Below, in pieces: positions 10,218 to 19,660 of a stretch of 64,000 nucleotides of DNA. Source of the stretch: a virus. The translations under genes and the position numbers were made by a program. A model generated the notes under the pieces. That model did no database searches. It worked only from the letters and a program-made list of their open reading frames with translations, and was not told the DNA's origin. The first letter of the stretch is position 1. Each line of letters opens with the position of its first letter. The DNA lies in the IMG/VR virus record IMGVR_UViG_3300029210_000011; one strand, 5' to 3'.

Positions 10218-10596
10218 ATTATATATACCTCCACAGCGATTAAACCGCAACCCTATTAACGGGCGGTTTTTAAAAGGAGGTATCCCTCATAACAAGGGAA
10301 AGAAATGGGATGATTACATCCCTTCGCATAAAAGGGAAAGTATGATTAAAGGATTAGCCTTAGGGAGAACGGGAAACCCTAATATAGCGGGCTGCAATGC
10401 AAAGAAAGTAGTAGCTATAAAAAGCGGACGGTTACAAGGTGTTTTCCAGTCCTCTAACGATGCGGAACGAAAGACCGGCATCTGTGCCCGTAATATCAGG
10501 AATTGCTGTTCCGGAAAGCGTAAACACGCTGGCGGCTATCAATGGTTTTGGGAAAGCGATAATAGTTGGTGTGAATTAGTTAACAAAAATATATGA
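10212..10596 (+). CDS. NUMOD-like DNA-binding / homing-endonuclease-associated module protein
   Basis: Likely start at the internal 'MNELYIPP' ATG, which overlaps the stop of the previous gene. C-terminal 'ERKTGICARNIRNCCSGKRKHAGGYQWFWE' matches the NUMOD1-type motif (...ISKCC.GKRKTAGGY.W). Confidence 0.5.
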
Positions 10597-10693
10597 GTAA
10601 ACTATACAAAATAACTCTCTTCGGTAAATCATTCATTATAGGATGGTTCAGCCATGCGGACAAGTGGTATCATAAATTTAGTATAATAAAATA

Positions 10694-10918
10694 ATGGATA
10701 TAACAGAATTAAAAATCGGTGACCGGGTGAGAATAAAACTCCCGTCACCACAAGGAGAAAGACTTTCCATACCCATGCAGGTAATAGGGATGCTTTCTAG
10801 TTTCAACAATCCAAGCCCTAAAGATACGGTATATCTTGACTTTGAAGGAAATGAGGGAGATATATGGGAAGAAGAAGTACAAAATTTAGTGTTTTCAGAC
10901 AATGAAGAGAAGTCATGA
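10694..10918 (+). CDS. hypothetical small protein
   Basis: 74 aa. Confidence 0.45.
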   Translation: MDITELKIGDRVRIKLPSPQGERLSIPMQVIGMLSSFNNPSPKDTVYLDFEGNEGDIWEEEVQNLVFSDNEEKS

Positions 10919-11283
10919 GAAGAGCAGACAGAATAATCAGAGACAGACATTCCCGCATCCCGGACAAATACAAGAAGATTGACACTACGGTCAACGGGGA
11001 TGTAGAAAGCCTTGCCGAACAACACAAGGAAGTGGAAAGAAGGCTATTCCCTCTACGCCTTAACAAGACCACTGTTATTTACATCACAAAAGACAAACAG
11101 AATGAAGCATATGCAGCGAAAGCACGTAAACGGATGGGGATAACAGAGCCTAAGAAACCTTTCGTTGACCCACTTTCGGAAGAAAACATTACCAAGTTGT
11201 ACAAGGAAGAAAATATACAGCCCCCGCAGAATGGCAGAGATGTTGAATGTAAGTGTAAGGACGATATATCTAAGGTTGGCTAA
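10915..11283 (+). CDS. hypothetical protein
   Basis: 122 aa; last gene of the rightward early operon. Confidence 0.5.
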   Translation: MRRADRIIRDRHSRIPDKYKKIDTTVNGDVESLAEQHKEVERRLFPLRLNKTTVIYITKDKQNEAYAAKARKRMGITEPKKPFVDPLSEENITKLYKEENIQPPQNGRDVECKCKDDISKVG

Positions 11284-11463
11284 GTATGGACTTACAAAAG
11301 TTAAATGCAGATAGTAAACTTACAGGCATACAGATATAACCCTCACCAAAACGGCAAGCGGTATAACCCAATGGAGAATCCGTTCAAAGCGTTCTAAACG
11401 TTCCATTGGATAACCCGGAAAAGGCGGCAATAGTCCATGTAAAGGACATTGTCCGCCAATTCA

Positions 11464-11640
11464 AGCAGTTCATCTATGTAATCCCTTTTTCGCATCACGT
11501 TCAAGTTTTCTACGTTGTTGGCGGTTTATACCATTTGCCGCGGCAAGGCTGTTCAGCGTCTCTTTCTGTTCGGGAGAAAGCATGTTATATACTTCTTCCC
11601 GGGATTTGCCTGATAAAATGGCTTGTACTATTTTCCACAT
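11464..11640 (-). CDS. small hypothetical protein (hand-derived, 58 aa)
   Basis: 'MWKIVQAILSGKSREEVYNMLSPEQKETLNSLAAANGINRQQRRKLERDAKKGLHR'. More protein-like and co-oriented with neighbours than the + strand ORF 11406..11642. Confidence 0.35.
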
Positions 11641-12050
11641 AAGCTACGTCTGCAATGTTCACACAAAAATTTCTTCGCTACCGGGAACATCTTCTGTCCC
11701 ACATATCCGCTAAGGTACTGCGCCTCTTCCCCGTATGGGTCGATGCCGAACGCCCGTGAGATATGCCGGCATAGATGCCCCTTTTCATGGTCGAAAGAGT
11801 TTTGAAACTCTGCCGGGAAAGAAGTAAGGGCTATAACCATTACGGTCTGCCTGTTTCGGATATTGGAGTAAGTGATACCCGTATTCAGATTGCAGGAGCG
11901 CATGTTCTTATAGGCATTCACCAAATCCAGCCCCCTGCATCCAACCCGCTGAAGGTCGGCGATGATACGGTCGGTATAATAGCAGTCCACCGCATAATAT
12001 ACCCTTACTTCCCAATCATAATCCGGTATGTAAAATTCCTGTATTATCAT
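11628..12050 (-). CDS. putative ImmA/IrrE-like zinc metallopeptidase
   Basis: Motif 'FDHEKGHLCRH' = HExxHxxxH, as in COG2856 ImmA-family peptidases. Confidence 0.45.
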   Translation of the reverse strand: MIIQEFYIPDYDWEVRVYYAVDCYYTDRIIADLQRVGCRGLDLVNAYKNMRSCNLNTGITYSNIRNRQTVMVIALTSFPAEFQNSFDHEKGHLCRHISRAFGIDPYGEEAQYLSGYVGQKMFPVAKKFLCEHCRRSLCGK

Positions 12051-12053
12051 AGG

Positions 12054-12473
12054 CTACATCATCTGTTCCCACATGATAGGATTGCCGGAGCCTATGCAGT
12101 CGGCATAGAACCGAGTGAAAGGCATTCCATTGTAAGCGTCCACATCATCTATGTAATCCTTAATGAACAATGCGAGATGGGCTTCGTCAGTGATAGAACT
12201 TTTGTAGTAATCCGACTTCGCCATGTTTGCCACGTAAACACTGTCGTACCCTGCATCCTTCTCCAGGTTTACACTGTACTTTTTCAGAAGCTCCTCTACC
12301 TGCTCTTTGCTGATTGGCTCCAGCTTTTCTTCTTTACCCGTAGATTTATTTTCCATCTTCATGCGGGAAACAGCCCATAGGCACATCTTCTTGCTGAAAT
12401 GCCATCCGTACTGGCTGAGATAGTCGGCCATTGCAGGCGGTATTCTGTCGTATGTATCTAATCTTTGTTTCAT
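12054..12473 (-). CDS. hypothetical protein
   Basis: 139 aa, late-operon orientation. Confidence 0.6.
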   Translation of the reverse strand: MKQRLDTYDRIPPAMADYLSQYGWHFSKKMCLWAVSRMKMENKSTGKEEKLEPISKEQVEELLKKYSVNLEKDAGYDSVYVANMAKSDYYKSSITDEAHLALFIKDYIDDVDAYNGMPFTRFYADCIGSGNPIMWEQMM

Positions 12474-12524
12474 ATTTTCCTGATTTTAAGTGATTGGCAA
12501 AAGAGGGGAATAATCCCCTCTCCA

Positions 12525-12857
12525 TTACATGAACTCTCCGTTGGCGCGTCTGCGTCTGCGTTCGCCCATATCATCACCGTAAGGCTGTGAATCGCGGCGT
12601 TCGTTGTAAACCGGATATTCCGGGAAGTAACCCGGCATACGGCGTTCGCCCATATCTAAGCCGCCGCTATAGCTTCCACCGCGTGAACCACCGCTGTTAC
12701 GATAGCCCATTTCACCGCCCTGCATCTCACGCATGGCTCTCTCGTAACCATGACGGCAACCCTCTCTATAGGCTTCTTCCATAGGATTACCGCCTCTCAT
12801 ACCGAAGTCACGGTCATATTCTCCGCGCCCTTCTTCCAATATTTCCCACATTCCCAT
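12525..12857 (-). CDS. Gly/Arg/Tyr-rich low-complexity protein
   Basis: 110 aa with RGG-like and GGSYSGG repeats; lies in a high-GC island. Confidence 0.5.
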   Translation of the reverse strand: MGMWEILEEGRGEYDRDFGMRGGNPMEEAYREGCRHGYERAMREMQGGEMGYRNSGGSRGGSYSGGLDMGERRMPGYFPEYPVYNERRDSQPYGDDMGERRRRRANGEFM

Positions 12858-12858
12858 A

Positions 12859-13401
12859 TTATTTCTTTGTTTTAGATGTTTCAGCCACTCCGAGCTGTTC
12901 CATAAGCCGTTTGTTCAATTCCATAAGGTCGGACATGTTCTTGCTCATTTCTGCCATTTGCCCTTTCAGAGAGGATATTTCCTGTTCCTGACGTTGTTTC
13001 TCTGCAAATTCGGGGTTCAAGAGCGTCAGCATCTTATCACATCCCGCAATGACGGAATTGTGGAAGTCCATGCTGTTGATAATGTCTATGCTTTTCTGTT
13101 TCATAGAAGCGACCTCGTTGTTCATCGCATCACGAGAACATGACACTACGATATTACCGTTCTGTCCAAAGTCGGCTATATCCATGCCGGCAGGTAGATT
13201 TTGGAAAGTAGTGTTCTGCCCGTTGATACAGACAACGACATCCACAACCATTTCCATTTGGGGCAACTGTCCCATAGGGGGTGCCATAGGATATTTCGGC
13301 TTGGGAGCGGAAACGCTGACTACCGGACCGTATTCGATAAACGGGTTAGCATCCTTATGAAGTATATACAACTGGTTATTGGTACGAAGTGATTGAAACA
13401 T
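12859..13401 (-). CDS. hypothetical protein (C-terminal coiled coil)
   Basis: 180 aa. Confidence 0.6.
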   Translation of the reverse strand: MFQSLRTNNQLYILHKDANPFIEYGPVVSVSAPKPKYPMAPPMGQLPQMEMVVDVVVCINGQNTTFQNLPAGMDIADFGQNGNIVVSCSRDAMNNEVASMKQKSIDIINSMDFHNSVIAGCDKMLTLLNPEFAEKQRQEQEISSLKGQMAEMSKNMSDLMELNKRLMEQLGVAETSKTKK

Positions 13402-13467
13402 ATTGGTTTGATTTTAAAGGGGTGTGGCTATTCCCATTTTGGAGACAACCACAAAGCCCCATGTTAA

Positions 13468-13890
13468 CTACTTGCTCTTTTGAGCGGTTGCTTCTGCTGT
13501 CGGAGTCGGTGCCGATGCGGTTGTCGGACGATACCCACCGTTAACAAGGAACAGTTCGTTGGTGTACTTGTTATAGTGGATTTCGTAGATACCCGTTCCG
13601 GCAAGGTTGCCGACAGTCACCGGCTCATTGTTGTAAGCCAGCAACGGTCTTGTATCCCCATTAGTCCCTATCAGTATCGGGAGTGTAGCAGTCGTACCGG
13701 CAGGTATTACCTGGCGGAGACTGACATAGAAACCGCCTACATAGCTTCTGTTACGGAACGCATGGTTAGGAAGCTCCAAAGTCACGTTCTCCGTGCCGAC
13801 CGTTACGGCTACCGTAGGAAGGGTATTGAAATTAGCCCTTCCAATAGTAGGGAACAAGAAAGGAAATCCTGTAAAAAAGTTAGGCCACAT
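13468..13890 (-). CDS. hypothetical protein
   Basis: 140 aa; hydrophobic N-terminus, Thr/Ala/Pro-rich tail. Confidence 0.55.
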   Translation of the reverse strand: MWPNFFTGFPFLFPTIGRANFNTLPTVAVTVGTENVTLELPNHAFRNRSYVGGFYVSLRQVIPAGTTATLPILIGTNGDTRPLLAYNNEPVTVGNLAGTGIYEIHYNKYTNELFLVNGGYRPTTASAPTPTAEATAQKSK

Positions 13891-13913
13891 AATTACCCCC
13901 TTTCTTACCGGAA

Positions 13914-14897
13914 TTAACCCCAGTAGTTGTTACAACCACAACCGCCACGTCCATACATTGCATCACCGGCGTAAGCACCGAAAGCCGCAGCACGGAAACA
14001 GTCTGTGTTGATGGCTTGAATATTAGGGTAAACAACCGGAACGGTGTTAGGCGTCTTGCATTTTATTCCATCGACATCGGACTGCAATGCCTGCAAGCCT
14101 GCTGCCAAAGGAGCAATCTGTTGTCCTACTGAATTCAGGATAGTAGCATTCTGGTTACGTTGGGAGATTTCAGCAGTCAAAGTGGCTTTTTCTGCTGTAA
14201 GAGCCGCAATCTTGTCCTGCAATGCCTGGTTCTGCATGGCGTCCAGCTTCGCAAGGATAGCATTGGTATTGGCGGTCGCACCGTCACGCAATGAAAGGGC
14301 ATTCTGATTGGCTGTGTTGACAAGCGCGTTGGTCTGATTGCACATTGCAAGCTGGTTCTCATAGCCCATTGTGGTAATGGCGTTCTGAGTCTTGCAGCAG
14401 CAATCTGCAATCTGAGTAAGAACAGCCTGATTTCCGGACTGGAATGCGTTGATGATTTGCTGGCTTGACATGCCCACCTGATTTCCTACATTGGCGATAA
14501 GTCCCTGGATGTTGCACAGGGCGCTCTGTAACTGTTGGGTAGAGCAGTTCAAAGAAGAAGCAAGCTGGTTGATGGCATTGCCATTGCCCTGAATGGCTGA
14601 CATCAGGTATTCACGACCGACATCACCGTTAAGCTCGGCAGGCAGACCTCCACCATTGCCAAAGCGGTTGCCAAAGCCGTTGCCGCCCCAACAGAACCAC
14701 AAAAGGATAATCCAGATGAACCACCACGAGCCGCCCCATTGGTCTTGGCTGCCACGTCCCTGGTTCAGTAAAGCGAGAAGTCCGGGGTCTACACCCTTGC
14801 TTCCCATCAAGTTGGGCAACATAGCCATGATGTCGAATTTGCTTCCGCCACCATTTCCGTTGTTCCCGTCTTGATTGAAGACATACGTTCTTTCCAT
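13914..14897 (-). CDS. membrane-anchored N/Q/G-rich repeat protein (possibly structural)
   Basis: 327 aa: Gly-rich N-terminus, one Trp-rich TM segment (WWFIWIILLWFCWGG), GNGFGNRFGNGGG, long Q/N/A-rich coiled-coil-like region, Cys-rich C-terminus. Confidence 0.6.
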   Translation of the reverse strand: MERTYVFNQDGNNGNGGGSKFDIMAMLPNLMGSKGVDPGLLALLNQGRGSQDQWGGSWWFIWIILLWFCWGGNGFGNRFGNGGGLPAELNGDVGREYLMSAIQGNGNAINQLASSLNCSTQQLQSALCNIQGLIANVGNQVGMSSQQIINAFQSGNQAVLTQIADCCCKTQNAITTMGYENQLAMCNQTNALVNTANQNALSLRDGATANTNAILAKLDAMQNQALQDKIAALTAEKATLTAEISQRNQNATILNSVGQQIAPLAAGLQALQSDVDGIKCKTPNTVPVVYPNIQAINTDCFRAAAFGAYAGDAMYGRGGCGCNNYWG

Positions 14898-14970
14898 AGA
14901 GATTTATATTTTGTATTACGGTCAAAATCAACCGCATCACAAAAGTATAAATACCGATACTGCCATGAAA

Positions 14971-15264
14971 TCAGTTGTTTCCCAACGATTTCTTTATATT
15001 TTTCCAATATATTCTCAACATTTTCCCGCCTTCCATACGTTCCTGGAAATTGGAAATCATGTAGTTTATCGCACGTTTGGTCTTGTGAATTTTAGGAGCT
15101 ATCTGTGAAGGATACATTCCCCTTTCAACAAGCAACTGTACAAGCAAATGGCGGGCGTCTACGGTTTCCGTATCCTTATCCGAGGATAGTATTCGGCTGG
15201 CGGGTATTTCGGTCTCCTGCGCCACGAGACTAATTGTTTCGGCAAAGATTTCTGACTTACACAT
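14971..15264 (-). CDS. hypothetical protein (possible DNA-binding regulator)
   Basis: 97-aa ORF downstream of an AT-rich promoter-like region. Confidence 0.45.
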   Translation of the reverse strand: MCKSEIFAETISLVAQETEIPASRILSSDKDTETVDARHLLVQLLVERGMYPSQIAPKIHKTKRAINYMISNFQERMEGGKMLRIYWKNIKKSLGNN

Positions 15265-15335
15265 AGTTTTTCTGAATTTTATATTTATCTTTGCCCTGCC
15301 ACATAAAATATTTGATTATATACGAACAAAGCATA

Positions 15336-15400
15336 AGATACCGTGTTGAAGATATTAAAGCCTCCAACGTGCGGTGTCTTATGCTTTTTTCAAATTTTTA
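15336..15400 (+). terminator. stem-loop followed by a T6 run (intrinsic-terminator-like)
   Basis: 13-bp stem GCATAAGATACCG / CGGTGTCTTATGC with one G-U pair, followed by TTTTTT. Confidence 0.35.
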
Positions 15401-15639
15401 TGTGGCAATAATTATTTGAACGTTGGGGGCTTTCTTTATACTCTAAGCCCCGAAAGAGTGTCAGCTACAAGCCAACTTCTACATCGTTAATTTCTTTCTT
15501 ACCATACTCGATACATATATAATTTTCTCGTAAATGTGTATTTTCTATATATAATTTTTATAAGAATGTGTATTTTGTGGGGTTTTGATGAATTATTGTT
15601 GCTTAATCCAATAAGTTCACCTCTATGATATTGCTAAAA

Positions 15640-16173
15640 TTACCACTGCCACAAATTATAACTCACCCCAGCCCCAACATAAAAACCGCCCGGATACCCA
15701 TATCCTGCCTGCAACCCAAATCCCCAACGCTTCTTCTTCGGCTTAACGGCATGATAGATGTCATTCGTCACCGTCTGATAAACCGTCCTCGGATACACAG
15801 TCATACTATCCAGCCGCGGGTCTACATATCCGCTCACCACCGCACGATACAGGCTATCTTCATACACAACCCGTTTGCGATGAAGCAGGGTATCACCTAT
15901 ACGTACTGTGTCATTCAGCAATATCTGCCAAAAGACCGCTATCGGTGCGGAGATAAGAACCGTATCAGTCTTGACAACCGTCTGTATCTTTGTTTCGGTA
16001 CGGATTTCTGCCGGCAAAGGCTCGTGCGGACGGAACAACGCCGCCACACAAGCGATTGCCAGCAATACAACTAATAGCCAGGGTAGTTTTTTCATAACCT
16101 CAACAAATAATGATTTACAACCATACCTGCACATATTGCGGCAACCCCACACAGCAAGTCTGCTTTGTTCCAC
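15640..16173 (-). CDS. membrane protein (signal/TM anchor)
   Basis: Internal 'MKKLPWLLVVLLAIACVAALF' is the likely true start. Confidence 0.45.
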   Translation of the reverse strand: MEQSRLAVWGCRNMCRYGCKSLFVEVMKKLPWLLVVLLAIACVAALFRPHEPLPAEIRTETKIQTVVKTDTVLISAPIAVFWQILLNDTVRIGDTLLHRKRVVYEDSLYRAVVSGYVDPRLDSMTVYPRTVYQTVTNDIYHAVKPKKKRWGFGLQAGYGYPGGFYVGAGVSYNLWQW

Positions 16174-16400
16174 TTGCCGTTATAGTAGTGGCAACGGTCG
16201 CTGTTCTCCTTGATAAAGAGCATCAGCAGTGCAGTGCTGCCACCGAATACTATGGCGGTGGATAGATAGACCACCGCACCTAAGATGTTATTTCTCATAA
16301 CAATTAGTATATTTATGATATTAATTTCATCCCGGACTGTGAAGTGCCGGGATGAATACTGTAAGTACTTAATCTTCATTAAACGGATGCTCAAAATCAT
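16092..16400 (-). CDS. small membrane protein
   Basis: Two hydrophobic segments; likely start at the internal 'MRNNILGAVVYL'. Confidence 0.4.
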   Translation of the reverse strand: MILSIRLMKIKYLQYSSRHFTVRDEINIINILIVMRNNILGAVVYLSTAIVFGGSTALLMLFIKENSDRCHYYNGKWNKADLLCGVAAICAGMVVNHYLLRL

Positions 16401-16522
16401 ACGTCACGAATTCCGTTCTCTGGTTGCTGAGAATCCAATAATGGTTCTCTGCTAAAAATAGCCTCTCTCATTTTCGTAAAAATAATATTCCTTAATTTTG
16501 AGTTGGTGCTATGTAAATTTAG

Positions 16523-18364
16523 TTAATGAAATTTATCTTCTACCCGTGGTTCCTGTAGACTAATTGGAGCAAATCTTATAAGTGTATTGATTATAACATT
16601 GGCTATTTTCTGCCCTCCGATATTATTAGGATGAACTTGGCCGCCCAAATCTTTGGTTATTGTTAAAGTTGATATTCCACTTAACCCATTTACATCTATG
16701 ACAGGAATGCCATATATTGCTGCAATATCTTTTATGACTTTACAGTAATCTAATATAGTTAGATTCTGATTATTTTTATATGGATAATCCGCATCTTCAT
16801 ACTTATTATAAAAGTTATGAGGCGTACATACAAAAATTTTAGCGTTGGGGATTCTTTTGATGATTTTTCTTATCATTAAGGCATAAGCGTAGTAAAAATG
16901 TGTCTCATCTCCATCATCTATACTCCCTAGTTCAACACTACCTGAAATATCATTTGCTGACGCATAAATAATCAATATATCAGTATCAAGCGGTATAGTA
17001 GATACCCGCTCATCTCCACACATATAATCCTTTATTGATATTGTCCCCTCTGAAGGATTTCTTGCATGATAATATCCATATTCATCAACAAGCTTGTTTT
17101 TGTACCCAACTGATGTAACCTTAGACCCACCAATACCTCTGTTGTAATGGTCAGCCATATTAAAATATTTCCATACATACTTCTGCCATGAAGCCAGTTC
17201 TACAATTGAGTCGCCAAACGATGTCATTTTCTTTCCGGAGAAAGCCATACGAAGTATCTCATCATGATTCATAGTTGAATCCATATCAATAGAATTGGGA
17301 TTACAAGGGAAATAATGCAATGAAACAAAAGCATGAGTATTCTTGTTAAAGTTAAAGACAGCGTATCTATAGGCTGGGCTTTGGTTTATTTTAAGTTCCC
17401 GAAATGAATCTGTCTGACTGCCGGTATATCCAATATATGAACCATCTGATGTAAACAATGCTACAGAATAAGCATTTGTAAAAACAGTTTTTGCATCTTT
17501 TATATCTATAAGTTGAGTCGTATTATATTCCTCATTGACAGATAGAGAACCATTGACTGTATTGTATCCTTTGATTAGAATTGATTCTGTTATTAAGTTT
17601 TTGCTATAATCCAAAATAGGAACTTCTGCAACTCCAAATTCTGTAAAAATAAAATTCTCTTTACCCGAAAAATATTTACCAGGAACTTCGGTTGTATATA
17701 ATAACCTACAGTAATTAGACTCTTTTTCCTTGGGAATTTTACTTATATTTCTACCCGTGGCGGCATTGGCTCTCTTCCAATTTAGATAAGTAAGGCCGTT
17801 TTCTGTTTTCTTGTAAAAATAGATTCCATAACAATTTGTATACAGATAATCCATGTCACCTATATCAAAGCCGTCAACAACACATCTTCCTTCGAAAGAA
17901 ATAATATTGCCCGAATTATCAATCGTTTTATTTGATTTTATTTTATCGGAGGATATTTTATTCACAGATATGTTTTCAACATCCACATTCAGTGCTTGCC
18001 GAATCCAATTATCAATGCTTGTAAACGTTCCTCCCTGGAACTCCCATGTTTCTACTTTTCCATCTGAATTGATGAATGATACTTTCAGTCCGATATTTCT
18101 AAGTTCCTGCGGGACTTGGGCTATAGCGCCTTCCAGACTGTACTTGTTACTCCCGCCAATTCCCGAAGTAGGATGCTGGACGGAAACATTATACTCGGTG
18201 ATGTAGTTCATATAGTCAGTGTTGCCACCACCAGTGCCGATGTATTTCTTCAATGTAGCGGTACTCATTGAGCCGTTGCTACTTCCTTGCTGAAAAGGTA
18301 TCAGCTCGTTTCCTGTTAAGTTCTCCTTTTGAGGGAGTTGTCCTATTTGTAATCCTTCTGCCAT
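16523..18364 (-). CDS. tail fibre/spike protein with C-terminal SGNH/GDSL hydrolase domain
   Basis: 613 aa; block 'GKKMTSFGDSIVE' (GDS(L) catalytic motif) and a distal 'DGxH'-like 'GGQVHPNNIGG'; lies in the tail region. Confidence 0.7.
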   Translation of the reverse strand: MAEGLQIGQLPQKENLTGNELIPFQQGSSNGSMSTATLKKYIGTGGGNTDYMNYITEYNVSVQHPTSGIGGSNKYSLEGAIAQVPQELRNIGLKVSFINSDGKVETWEFQGGTFTSIDNWIRQALNVDVENISVNKISSDKIKSNKTIDNSGNIISFEGRCVVDGFDIGDMDYLYTNCYGIYFYKKTENGLTYLNWKRANAATGRNISKIPKEKESNYCRLLYTTEVPGKYFSGKENFIFTEFGVAEVPILDYSKNLITESILIKGYNTVNGSLSVNEEYNTTQLIDIKDAKTVFTNAYSVALFTSDGSYIGYTGSQTDSFRELKINQSPAYRYAVFNFNKNTHAFVSLHYFPCNPNSIDMDSTMNHDEILRMAFSGKKMTSFGDSIVELASWQKYVWKYFNMADHYNRGIGGSKVTSVGYKNKLVDEYGYYHARNPSEGTISIKDYMCGDERVSTIPLDTDILIIYASANDISGSVELGSIDDGDETHFYYAYALMIRKIIKRIPNAKIFVCTPHNFYNKYEDADYPYKNNQNLTILDYCKVIKDIAAIYGIPVIDVNGLSGISTLTITKDLGGQVHPNNIGGQKIANVIINTLIRFAPISLQEPRVEDKFH

Positions 18365-18370
18365 ATCTTT

Positions 18371-18577
18371 TTATTTTTTGTTATTTGCAAGTAATATCGG
18401 CTCTTCGTTAGCCAACAATAACGGAGTGCCATCCGATAATAATAAATACCTTCCATCAGGGGATGGGTTTGGTCCCGGTTTATTATCCTTGATATATGAA
18501 TACCCTATAGTAAGTATACCAATAGTAGGAATACCGATTGTTGGGATGCTGATGTTTGGGATAGTGATTGGTTTCAT
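18371..18577 (-). CDS. small repeat-containing ORF (IPTIG repeats)
   Basis: 68 aa with 'ISIPTIGIPTIGILTIG'; could be spurious. Confidence 0.3.
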   Translation of the reverse strand: MKPITIPNISIPTIGIPTIGILTIGYSYIKDNKPGPNPSPDGRYLLLSDGTPLLLANEEPILLANNKK

Positions 18578-18580
18578 AGA

Positions 18581-18871
18581 CTATCCCTCTTTAATCATTT
18601 TGGCTCCCAATACTTCGGTAGCGCTCTTAATTGTGACGTTTATGCCATTCGCTATCCCTGCGATACGAAAAATTGTATTGGACGCACCGTTATATTGGGA
18701 TGCGTTGGGATAAAGCGGAACGGGCTCCAAATCATCAATTCCTGCGAAAGCGGTCACATATCCGCCCTTGTTCTTTATCTGTATGGTAACGGGATTACCG
18801 TCACTGACAAACGTTGCGTAATACGCTGTTTTGCCTTCTTCTTGTTGAAATGATAAAACTTCTGCTGCCAT
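18581..18871 (-). CDS. hypothetical protein
   Basis: 96 aa directly downstream of the amidase. Confidence 0.5.
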   Translation of the reverse strand: MAAEVLSFQQEEGKTAYYATFVSDGNPVTIQIKNKGGYVTAFAGIDDLEPVPLYPNASQYNGASNTIFRIAGIANGINVTIKSATEVLGAKMIKEG

Positions 18872-18876
18872 GATGT

Positions 18877-19533
18877 TTACTTTTTAGAGTTATTCAAATA
18901 GTTCACAATTCCCTGCACATGCAAGTCCACTATTGCCCGCTTCCCCTCTTCCGATAATAAGAAGCCAACATCTTCCTTATTGTCTTGGAATAGGTTCTCT
19001 GTAAGGACTGCCGGGCACTTCGTGTGCTTCAAGATGTAGAACCCGCTTTCCTTATCAGGGTCGCCATCCGTCATATCCTTGCGTATCTTCATGTCCGGCA
19101 AAAGTCGTCCGGCTGCCACATATAAGCTATCAGCTAATTTATCGGCTTTCGTCTGACCTGTCGAAGTCCATGCTTCCCAACCACGTGCCTGCATCCATTC
19201 AGAGCCGCTTCCCGCTGCATTACAGTGGATAGATACGAGAATTGTGTCACTTGCCTTGTATTCGTTTGCTCTACGGCAACGCTCCGATAGGGGAACGTCT
19301 ATTTCCTCTTTGACGATACGTTCGGCATCAACGCCTTGTTTGCGCAATTCGGCTTCCAAACGTATGGCAATCTCACGGGCATACGCATACTCTTTCAATC
19401 TTCCGTCCGGTGAACACTTGCCTGGAGTATTGCTTCCGTGTCCGTTGTCAATCAATATTTTCATTCTGCGCGTCCTCCTTGAAATATTTGTCATAAACCA
19501 CACGAGCCACCCATCCGGCAACAACACCGACAC
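18877..19533 (-). CDS. N-acetylmuramoyl-L-alanine amidase (endolysin)
   Basis: 'MKILIDNGHGSNTPG...' Amidase_3-type motif; the likely true start is the internal M near 19464. Confidence 0.85.
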   Translation of the reverse strand: MSVLLPDGWLVWFMTNISRRTRRMKILIDNGHGSNTPGKCSPDGRLKEYAYAREIAIRLEAELRKQGVDAERIVKEEIDVPLSERCRRANEYKASDTILVSIHCNAAGSGSEWMQARGWEAWTSTGQTKADKLADSLYVAAGRLLPDMKIRKDMTDGDPDKESGFYILKHTKCPAVLTENLFQDNKEDVGFLLSEEGKRAIVDLHVQGIVNYLNNSKK

Positions 19534-19660
19534 CGAATGATACGACAGTAGTCAAGTTCACCCAAAACGGTGTGTAGTGCATGTAAAGCATAACTCCCAC
19601 GATGATAGCGATAACAATCCCTGCGATAATCAGTTTCTTTTTCATTTTGTTACTCCTCAT
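19448..19660 (-). CDS. holin-like small membrane protein
   Basis: 70 aa with two TM segments, immediately upstream of the endolysin. Confidence 0.5.
   Translation of the reverse strand: MRSNKMKKKLIIAGIVIAIIVGVMLYMHYTPFWVNLTTVVSFGVGVVAGWVARVVYDKYFKEDAQNENID

Noticed and set aside
11406-11805. Plus-strand ORFs 11406..11642 and 11623..11805.
   Set aside because: Hydrophobic, non-protein-like translations. A better minus-strand 58-aa ORF (11464..11640) co-oriented with neighbours occupies the same place; the second plus-strand ORF overlaps the ImmA-like gene.
12587-12784. Plus-strand ORF overlapping the G/R-rich minus-strand gene.
   Set aside because: All neighbouring genes are minus-strand, and the plus-strand translation is Arg/Pro/His-rich antisense-type.
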